Below, one piece after another: positions 57,901-64,000 of a stretch of DNA of 64,000 nt; position 1 is the stretch's first letter, and every line of letters begins with the position of its first letter. The translations under genes were made by a program, and so were the position numbers. Source of the DNA: an uncultured Candidatus Saccharibacteria bacterium (GTDB lineage Bacteria > Patescibacteriota > Saccharimonadia > Saccharimonadales > AWTP1-31). The DNA is taken from contig CALCZR010000060.1 of assembly GCA_937903325.1 (NCBI GenBank), positions 146,404 through 210,403 of the forward strand, read 5' to 3'. A model generated the notes under the pieces. That model saw nothing but the letters and a program-made list of their open reading frames with translations, had not been told where the DNA came from and ran no database searches.

Positions 57901-59136
57901 TTAAATATCACGTACGCTTCCGAAGGGTACTCGCTTAATGATGATGTTCTGCATATTAGCCATCTTGGCAGGAACAACCGTGAACTCGCCGTAGCGATCG
58001 TTAATAGTATCTGCAGCACGTGCGAGCGATTTGGTATCCATACGCGTGCCGTCGAAAAAGCTCAACTGAAGAGGCGTTGCTGATGCCACGTTAAACACAG
58101 CAATGTTGATGTGCGTGCACTTTGCTGGGAAGTCAATTAATCGGAATAACCTCATAAGGTGTCCGTAGATTTCCTGGGTGGAGTATATTGGCTCACTAGT
58201 TCGTTTGCTTTTACCCCACCACTTACCATTCTCAAATGCTAGGCCCAGGTAGATGCCGAACGCATGGTAGCCGTGCTTACGAAGCCGCCGCCCAGTTTTT
58301 TCCGAAAGTTTCATCATATATCGCGATATAGCTTCCCTATCAAGTGACCACTCACGAATAGCGAAATCGTTGCCGAAGCTACGAATCGGAAATTTCTGGG
58401 AATCCACTTCATGACCGCGTAATCTTAAGTACCAGTAATATCCGACAATGCTTTTGAAGACTTCGCCTTTAAGCTTGAACATGGGCGCCTCAAAGAAGTC
58501 TAGCGGGGTAAAAATATGAGCGAGGTTGAGGCGTGCTTTATATCGGTAGTTAATGCCTGGCAAATCGACAAGATCAAGTTGACCAAGAATATTTGGTATT
58601 TCTTCTCCTCGTAACACTGTTAGGCCGTCTGGCTTATCCATGCCAGCAGCGAGCTTAGCAAGAAACCGATTTGGCGCGATACCAATATTCACCGTCACAT
58701 ATTCGCCCAGTGCCTTTTTTATCTCTTCTTTCATCTCGTACCCAACTTCTTCGACGCTACGACCTGCCCTAACCGACGCTGAGCCCTGGAAATCAACGAC
58801 AAATTCGTCTATCGACTTTGGGGTCACAAGGTCCGTATATCGGTGTAAAACCGCTTTAAATCGCCTGTGGGCGTCAAAGTATTTCTCTGGATCGGGCGCC
58901 ATGACGATTATTCCTGGATCAATCTCACGGGCATCACGTATCCGCATGAGCTTGATACCTTGCCGTTTGGCTTCGTAAGATGAAGCAATTATGAAGCCTC
59001 CTGGCGAAGTATACGCAGCTACGCCCACTGGCTTATTCCTAATCAGGCGATTAGCTTGTTGCTCGATAATGGCATAACAAGAGTTAAGGTCAATGTGCAT
59101 TATTAGCGGCTCAGCATTGTTAATCGGCATTTCCAT
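57901..59136 (-). CDS. Y-family (DinB/UmuC-type) translesion DNA polymerase
   Basis: MHIDLNSCYAIIEQ (catalytic-Asp motif), SIDEFVVD, palm/fingers/little-finger length of about 410 aa. Confidence 0.85.
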   Translation of the reverse strand: MEMPINNAEPLIMHIDLNSCYAIIEQQANRLIRNKPVGVAAYTSPGGFIIASSYEAKRQGIKLMRIRDAREIDPGIIVMAPDPEKYFDAHRRFKAVLHRYTDLVTPKSIDEFVVDFQGSASVRAGRSVEEVGYEMKEEIKKALGEYVTVNIGIAPNRFLAKLAAGMDKPDGLTVLRGEEIPNILGQLDLVDLPGINYRYKARLNLAHIFTPLDFFEAPMFKLKGEVFKSIVGYYWYLRLRGHEVDSQKFPIRSFGNDFAIREWSLDREAISRYMMKLSEKTGRRLRKHGYHAFGIYLGLAFENGKWWGKSKRTSEPIYSTQEIYGHLMRLFRLIDFPAKCTHINIAVFNVASATPLQLSFFDGTRMDTKSLARAADTINDRYGEFTVVPAKMANMQNIIIKRVPFGSVRDI

Positions 59137-59386
59137 CGTGTATTGCCTCCAATGTCCAGTGTAAGTTTAAGCTGTTTAATCTCAGACGGAACCACAGCGT
59201 TGCCTGCTCATTGCAAAGCTCGAAAATGTGTTGGCGCTCCCGCCCATCCATATACGAATGGTAGTAATCGACTTTGCCTAGTTCATATACTTCATGCTGC
59301 CACTCAAGCTTGCACGGAACAACTCTCTTGTTTTTGGCACTGAAGTACATTACAACGGTGACTAACTCATCTACTGTCTGTTTCAT
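59120..59386 (-). CDS. 88-aa accessory protein coupled to the Y-family polymerase (YolD/UmuD-analogue position)
   Basis: GGAGGGAG-N5-ATG at 59386 (MKQTVDEL). Its 3' end overlaps the polymerase start by 17 nt. The track's longer form (to 59548) overlaps the divergent SRAP gene. The function is a guess from position only. Confidence 0.45.
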   Translation of the reverse strand: MKQTVDELVTVVMYFSAKNKRVVPCKLEWQHEVYELGKVDYYHSYMDGRERQHIFELCNEQATLWFRLRLNSLNLHWTLEAIHDGNAD

Positions 59387-59413
59387 TTTGACTCCCTCCG
59401 ATACAATGGGTTT

Positions 59414-60118
59414 ATGAATTTCATGCTTTTTGACGACGGTTGCGGGCGCTATACGCTTAAAGTTAAGTCTGGTGATCTTAAGAAGCGCTACAACCTGGCT
59501 ACTGCTCCAAAAGAGGATACTGAGAGCTATGACGTAAAGCCTGGCCATACTTTGCCCGTTATTACTGCAAAGGATGACTCAACTCCTGTTCTAGAAATGA
59601 TGCGCTGGGGACTTGTCCCTAGTTGGTCAAAAGATCCAAAGATTGGCTACAAGACCTTCAATGCTAGAGATGACAAGGTTTTCTCAAGTGGTATGTGGCG
59701 GAGCATCTACCGCAGACGAGTACTTGTCCCAGCTACTGGTTACTTTGAATGGACTAAGCCCGAGAAGATTTCTGATAAACAAAAGTATTATTTCCGCCCA
59801 AAGAAGCTAGACATCTTTTCCTTTGCAGGTTTTTATGATGTTTGGAAAGATGCTGAGGGCAAAGAGTGGAAGACATATACCCTGATAACTACTGAGCCCA
59901 ACAAAGAGGCACGAGCTATTCACGATAGAATGCCTGTAATATTACATCCTGAGGACGAAGCCTCTTGGATTGAGCCATCCCACACTGACCGAAGCGACAT
60001 AGAGCCCTTACTGCGTCCATGGGAAGACAATGGAATCGAAATTGTAGAAGTGAGCACTGATACGAAGGGCCTCGAATATGATGATAAAACGCTCATCACC
60101 CCGCTTAACTCCAAATAG
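59414..60118 (+). CDS. SOS-response-associated peptidase (SRAP/YedK-HMCES family) with atypical N-terminus
   Basis: CGRYTL, MRWGLVPSW, FNARDD, PATGYFEW, and the ITTEPN ... IHDRMPVIL family signature. The catalytic Cys is residue 10, not residue 2. Confidence 0.75.
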   Translation: MNFMLFDDGCGRYTLKVKSGDLKKRYNLATAPKEDTESYDVKPGHTLPVITAKDDSTPVLEMMRWGLVPSWSKDPKIGYKTFNARDDKVFSSGMWRSIYRRRVLVPATGYFEWTKPEKISDKQKYYFRPKKLDIFSFAGFYDVWKDAEGKEWKTYTLITTEPNKEARAIHDRMPVILHPEDEASWIEPSHTDRSDIEPLLRPWEDNGIEIVEVSTDTKGLEYDDKTLITPLNSK

Positions 60119-60195
60119 TGCAAACTTTGTAATAAAGGATCGACAGGGACCGTAGTGTATCGCCTGCCTCTATGATACACCTCGTAGTCCAGCTA

Positions 60196-60894
60196 TTAGT
60201 AACAGTTGGTCTGGATTGAGCCAAGGAGCTCATAGGAGGAACAATGTATCGAGCGTGGAGCAGTATAAGTAGGGACATACCTGGTAGTAGGTGTAGACTG
60301 AGCCTGCTGTTGATAAGGAGCACCAATATAAAGTGTGACAACATTGCTGATCCCATTTTTGTTGACTGGGACCAAAGCAACCCCTACATCCTTATATTTT
60401 CCATCCATAAGGATTTGCTTATTACTTGCGTTCTGTAGCGCCATGTTAACAAAATCTGCACCTGTCATAGGCGTACGAACGGGATAAATAAATAGTCCCA
60501 TACCCGCGGAGCTGTACCCTACTTTCGTAGGAAAGGTGTTGATAGCATCTCCAGAACCTGGTGTGTAGTCGTTAGTATCAATACTATTTTTTGCCTTTTC
60601 TGACGCTGCAGAAACAAGCAGTGCATTGTATGAAACCGCGGGCGAACCAACTTTTGCTCTTTCGCTGTTCAACGCCTGTATGACGTCAGTGTCGACGAGT
60701 TCTTTGGTTTCAAGAGGCTTTTTCTGTGGCTCTGCGGGCGTTTGCGGAGATGTATTATCAATGGCAAAGCTCTGGTCTTTCTTTGAGTTTGCGATAAACA
60801 CACCAAAGGCAACCGATCCCATTATCAGGAAGATAACGAAAGCAGTTCCCGCACCAATTAGAAGCAGTTTACGTTTACGGCTTTTTGAGCTCAT
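60196..60894 (-). CDS. membrane-anchored CAP/SCP (YkwD-like) domain protein
   Basis: N-terminal TM anchor; ALNSERAKVGSPAVSYNALLVSAASEKAKN is CAP-like. Confidence 0.4.
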   Translation of the reverse strand: MSSKSRKRKLLLIGAGTAFVIFLIMGSVAFGVFIANSKKDQSFAIDNTSPQTPAEPQKKPLETKELVDTDVIQALNSERAKVGSPAVSYNALLVSAASEKAKNSIDTNDYTPGSGDAINTFPTKVGYSSAGMGLFIYPVRTPMTGADFVNMALQNASNKQILMDGKYKDVGVALVPVNKNGISNVVTLYIGAPYQQQAQSTPTTRYVPTYTAPRSIHCSSYELLGSIQTNCY

Positions 60895-60915
60895 AAATTT
60901 ATTATATACACATTG

Positions 60916-61422
60916 CTAGTCGTTTAGATGTTGTATGGCGTAATCGGCTTCAGCTTGAGTGAACTTTTCGCCATTCTCGGAAGTAAGTTGGTCATGAACA
61001 GCTGATGGAGACATGCTCATAGTTTTTACGTAGCTTTTTGCTTTTGCGAGAGCGTTAGCATTGTAGTCGACTTTGAGATTATCAACTGCGTATTGTGCGG
61101 CTTCAGCTGTAAATTTCTCGCCATATTGAGAAGTAAGCTGATCGTAGATTCCTTGCTTAGACATATTAGATATGTCCGAATATTGCTTTGCTTTGGTCAA
61201 AGCCGACTTATATTCAGCTGGAACATCATCCTTCTTTGCTGCTGGGGTTGAATCATCACTTTTATTAGTAGACGTTTTTGAACTCGTTGAATTATTTGTA
61301 TCATTACTCTTCTTGTTGCTATCTCCTGCTCCGCCCGCAGCTATACCCAAGATAACTACCACGATAAGTGCTGTTAAAACCTTATGCTTAGCAAACCAAT
61401 TTTTATTCTTCTCTATAGCCAT
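60916..61422 (-). CDS. Ltp-family surface lipoprotein-like protein (phage superinfection-exclusion type), two Ltp repeats
   Basis: EYKSALTKAKQYSDISNMSKQGIYDQLTSQYGEKFTAEAAQYAVDNL and NALAKAKSYVKTMSMSPSAVHDQLTSENGEKFTQAEADYAIQHL. Confidence 0.75.
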   Translation of the reverse strand: MAIEKNKNWFAKHKVLTALIVVVILGIAAGGAGDSNKKSNDTNNSTSSKTSTNKSDDSTPAAKKDDVPAEYKSALTKAKQYSDISNMSKQGIYDQLTSQYGEKFTAEAAQYAVDNLKVDYNANALAKAKSYVKTMSMSPSAVHDQLTSENGEKFTQAEADYAIQHLND

Positions 61423-61461
61423 GATGAGCTCCTTATAATGTTAATTATAGTCACTGCCCAG

Positions 61462-61492
61462 AAAAACAAAAGGACAGCCACGCTGGACTGTC
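61462..61492 (-). terminator. terminator-like hairpin downstream of 61615-62058
   Basis: Minus strand GACAG-N10-CTGTC followed by CTTTTGTTTTT. Confidence 0.4.
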
Positions 61493-61614
61493 TAGGACCC
61501 AAACAAGCAGTTATGCCTATTCTTTTAAACGTAGCTGCCCATTTATTGGCACAACCACGCAATATGCGTATGCTGATTGTTCGAATCCTAGACACCTAGA
61601 TAATAGCACTCAAG

Positions 61615-62058
61615 CTACTCAGTAGCCAACCTGCTACGCTCAATCGTTCCTCGCTCAAGCTCTAAGAGCTCACGTTCTAGCTGAATCAGTTGCTCATCAG
61701 TGAGCTGTGAAAGTTCGTTTTCTGGCTCGGGAATCTGTTCCTCAACGACGACTTTACGATGCACACCAAACTCCTGGGCCTCCTTACGCTCGAGCCACCA
61801 TTTTGCAGATTTTAGGTCACCATTGCTAATTGCGGCTACTAACAACATCTTTGCTTTAATGGTTGGTTGCTGTTGCGAGTTGTACATTTTGTCAGCAAAC
61901 TGTTCATCTTTTCTAAGCCTATAATAGTAAGCTTCATGGGAAATACCAGATTGAGAACACGCTTCGCGGACTGACATTCCTAGCTCAAGGCAGCTTTGTA
62001 ATTCCCTGACAACTTTGGGCGTTATTACAGTCGGTCTTCCGTTCGTCTTCATAAGCAT
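61615..62058 (-). CDS. small HTH DNA-binding protein (terminase-small-subunit-like / phage regulator-like)
   Basis: NGRPTVITPKVVRELQSCLELGMSVREACSQSGISHEAYYYRLRKDEQF. Confidence 0.45.
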   Translation of the reverse strand: MLMKTNGRPTVITPKVVRELQSCLELGMSVREACSQSGISHEAYYYRLRKDEQFADKMYNSQQQPTIKAKMLLVAAISNGDLKSAKWWLERKEAQEFGVHRKVVVEEQIPEPENELSQLTDEQLIQLERELLELERGTIERSRLATE

Positions 62059-62177
62059 GTCCTTAATTTACAGATATACATGCTCATTGTTTTATAGTAA
62101 TTTTAACAAACTTAGTGATTCTAGGAATAGGGCGTGGTATATTAGCAATGTTTTAACAATTCAAATTAGTATCGTGT

Positions 62178-62243
62178 AATGTCGCATAAGGCAGAATCGA
62201 GATCCCCGAACGGGTCATAAATTCTGCCACTGCGACATTTTTT
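62178..62243 (+). ncRNA. 62-nt extended hairpin plus U-tract (small RNA, attenuator or terminator) in a divergent control region
   Basis: AATGTCGCA/TGCGACATT and GGCAGAAT/ATTCTGCC stacked stems around a 23-nt apex, followed by TTTTTT. Lies 30 nt upstream of the 62273 start. Confidence 0.4.
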
Positions 62244-62272
62244 ATTTCCCTATTCGGTTAACGAGTAAGGAA

Positions 62273-62512
62273 ATGAAAATGAACAGCCAGCAGTTTGAAA
62301 CATCAGATCTAGGTCTAGCAACTGCATTAGTCTCTTCTGGTAACTCCCTATTCTCCGTCGACAAATCCAACCCGCGCAGGGTTATTTTTATCTTCAACCA
62401 AACATCCGAATTATCTGACAAGGTCGACCAATACTGGTCAGGCCAACTTCATGTTGCCGCGAATTCATACATGGATCACGTCAAATATTTGAAAGCGATG
62501 ATCTACTCATGA
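62273..62512 (+). CDS. 79-aa small protein (DUF5659-like by recollection)
   Basis: FETSDLGLATALVSSG ... VIFIF pattern; AAGGAA SD; ATGA overlap with the next ORF. Confidence 0.4.
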   Translation: MKMNSQQFETSDLGLATALVSSGNSLFSVDKSNPRRVIFIFNQTSELSDKVDQYWSGQLHVAANSYMDHVKYLKAMIYS

Positions 62513-62718
62513 ACTACGGAATGACCAAGGGCGATGTTCAGCGCTACTCAGAGATCTACGAGAAGTATTTTAGGAAAAAAATAGATCCCGAAGATGCCGA
62601 GCGGCACCTTGTAATTATGCTGGACACTTTGGACGCCCTAATGAATAACCCTGATCACAATAATGTAAAGGATAATGAATATGAACCCACCAAACAATGG
62701 AAATCTAAATCAAACTAA
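62509..62718 (+). CDS. 69-aa hypothetical protein
   Basis: Translationally coupled (ATGA) to the upstream ORF. Confidence 0.4.
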   Translation: MNYGMTKGDVQRYSEIYEKYFRKKIDPEDAERHLVIMLDTLDALMNNPDHNNVKDNEYEPTKQWKSKSN

Positions 62719-63076
62719 CTTAGTAGATGCTTTTGAAGCAATACTATTGAGATCGCCAGCTATAGGCAAGGTTTACCATGTCTCTGAGATTTCAGAAATA
62801 GCCTATATAAAAGTAGATTTTCCAGAATTTGGCTTTTACATTAACAGCATCACAATCAGAGAAAACCCTAGAAACCCTGGGATGTTATGGCTCCAGATGC
62901 CCAAGTTCAAGACTTATGGCAGCAAATGGACAGCTCCACTAGAGTTTAGTAATGACAGCCCACTTTACAAGCGAGTGGTAGAAGCAGCTCAATTAGCGTA
63001 CTTTAGAAGCTTTTACTCCGAGGAAGGTAGCGGCAGAGAGGAGTTCGAACAATTTCTTGAGGAAAACTTTCCATAG
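62675..63076 (+). CDS. 133-aa hypothetical protein (SpoVG-like topology is only a guess)
   Basis: IKVDFPEFGFYINSITIRENP ... LWLQMPKFK is loosely SpoVG-like. Overlaps the upstream ORF by 38-44 nt. Confidence 0.4.
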   Translation: MNMNPPNNGNLNQTNLVDAFEAILLRSPAIGKVYHVSEISEIAYIKVDFPEFGFYINSITIRENPRNPGMLWLQMPKFKTYGSKWTAPLEFSNDSPLYKRVVEAAQLAYFRSFYSEEGSGREEFEQFLEENFP

Positions 63077-63086
63077 ATTTCTTTTT

Positions 63087-63153
63087 AGATCTTATTTAGG
63101 TAACTTATTAAATACCTTATTAAGTTACCTAAGTAAATACCTAGATAAAATCT
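63087..63153. repeat. nested inverted repeats / AGGTAA-TTACCT iteron cluster upstream of the recombinase operon
   Basis: Perfect 12-bp IR TTAGGTAACTTA (63096-63107) / TAAGTTACCTAA (63121-63132). Outer 16-bp IR AGATCTTATTTAGGTA (63087) / TACCTAGATAAAATCT (63138), 14/16 match. TAAATACCT occurs twice; TACCT units recur at about 12-13 bp spacing. Confidence 0.7.
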
Positions 63154-63185
63154 AAATAACTCATTAAGTAATCAAATAAGGAACT

Positions 63186-63335
63186 ATGATGGTCCATGAA
63201 ATTTTAACAACATTTGGAAAACTACTACTAAACAACCCTAGCGAGCTTTTAGGATTCGAAGTAAAGAAACTGACCGAGAGCGAAGGCTTCGACAGCTATG
63301 AGCTGAAGGTTATAATCAAGGAATGGAAACAATGA
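63186..63335 (+). CDS. 49-aa ORF translationally coupled to the serine recombinase (below ORF-track cutoff)
   Basis: AAGGAA-N3-ATG; MMVHEILTTFGKLLLNNPSELLGFEVKKLTESEGFDSYELKVIIKEWKQ. Its TGA overlaps the recombinase ATG (ATGA). Confidence 0.45.
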   Translation: MMVHEILTTFGKLLLNNPSELLGFEVKKLTESEGFDSYELKVIIKEWKQ

Positions 63336-64000
63336 GGGAACAACCTGGCCTGAGATATATTGCTTATGTTCGTAAGTCCGAGGAGCGCGAAGAAAGACAG
63401 GAATTGTCGCATGCTGCGCAAGTAAGAACAATAAAGCAGCAATTTGCCCACTTGAATGTTGTTAAGTGGATGGAGCCCGAAAGTAAGAGCGCTTTTAAGC
63501 CTGGTCGAAAGCTATTCAATGAAATGATCAAGCTGATTCAGGATAACAAAGCTGATGCGATTGTAGCGTATCACCCCAACAGAATTTCTCGCAACGAGAT
63601 CGACGCAGCCACAATTACCTACTTCGTCAGAACTGGCATAGTCAAAGATATCAAGTTTTGTGCTTACTCTTTTGAGAACAGCCCAGAGGGCATAATGATG
63701 CTTCAAATGGTCATGAGCCAATCGCAATATGAGAGCTCGAAGCAAGGACGAGAAGTTAAACGAGGCATGGAGCAAAAAGCTATTAGCGGTGAGAGACCAG
63801 GTGTTGTGCCATTAGGTTATATAAAATCACCAATTCTAGATAGCCGTGGGGAAATCGTACTTTCGTCAAAACATAATACAGTGATCACCAAGACAGAAAG
63901 AGATCCAGCTCGATACTTTCAAGTTGAGCAAATGTGGAAGATGCTCCTATCGGGGCAATATAACGCGGCGCAGATACGTAAGATCGCTAATGAAAAGTTC
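63332..64000 (+). CDS. large serine recombinase (resolvase/invertase N-domain + recombinase domain), 3' end beyond window
   Basis: Not in the track (no stop within the window). My translation: MREQPGLRYIAYVRKSEEREERQELSHAAQ ... AIVAYHPNRISRN ... MSQSQYESSKQGREVKRGMEQKAISGERPGVVPLGY. Open for 223 codons to the window end. Confidence 0.8.
   Translation, partial: MREQPGLRYIAYVRKSEEREERQELSHAAQVRTIKQQFAHLNVVKWMEPESKSAFKPGRKLFNEMIKLIQDNKADAIVAYHPNRISRNEIDAATITYFVRTGIVKDIKFCAYSFENSPEGIMMLQMVMSQSQYESSKQGREVKRGMEQKAISGERPGVVPLGYIKSPILDSRGEIVLSSKHNTVITKTERDPARYFQVEQMWKMLLSGQYNAAQIRKIANEKF

Larger units (their letters stand above)
52980..64000. mobile_element. accessory / putatively mobile region (cassette array, damage-tolerance genes, phage-like genes, serine recombinase); right end beyond window
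   Basis: Shift from housekeeping genes to unrelated small ORFs, phage-associated families (Ltp, small HTH proteins), a Y-family polymerase, repeats and a large serine recombinase. Intergenic regions look more AT-rich by eye. Boundaries are not proven. Confidence 0.5.

Noticed and set aside
59387-59548. The longer 142-aa version of the polymerase-coupled ORF (start at 59548).
   Set aside because: The extension overlaps the divergent SRAP gene by 135 nt. A strong GGAGGGAG SD precedes the internal ATG at 59386.
63249-63775. Minus-strand ORFs 63249-63431 and 63512-63775.
   Set aside because: They are antisense to the small coupled ORF and to the serine recombinase reading frame, which carries clear family motifs and stays open to the window end.

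Overview
The window reads as a compact, about 90% coding bacterial chromosome segment using the standard genetic code (TGA is a stop, e.g. the ATGA overlaps at 62509-62512 and 63332-63335). The gene content suggests a Gram-positive-type Candidate Phyla Radiation organism, possibly Saccharibacteria/TM7-like: many short genes, a sortase with xPxTG substrates, a type IV pilin, a lamin-tail-domain protein, RNase Y, ComEC and a truncated TsaB. That lineage call is inference only. From 1 to about 52.9 kb the content is mostly housekeeping. It holds five tRNAs (Gly-UCC, Arg-UCU, His-GUG, Pro-UGG, Lys-UUU), most followed by a stem-loop terminator. It also holds a recombination/repair neighbourhood (recX, recA, ruvB, ruvA, ruvC, yebC, comEC), plus rny, folD, chorismate mutase, tsaB/tsaE, mraY, a rimK pair, two P-type ATPases and a sortase flanked by two paralogous surface proteins. 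At the left edge, a small peptide, an HExxH membrane protein and an ABC transporter form one operon. From about 52.98 kb to the window end the content looks accessory or mobile. The most unusual feature is an array of six same-orientation repeats (28-nt core, usually followed by a terminator hairpin) that splits 3.5 kb into five unrelated single-gene cassettes abutting the EamA gene start. To its right lie a Y-family polymerase/SRAP damage-tolerance module, an Ltp-type superinfection-exclusion lipoprotein, small phage-like genes, a cluster of nested inverted repeats, and a large serine recombinase that runs off the window. All calls come from reading the sequence and the ORF translations; no database search was run.
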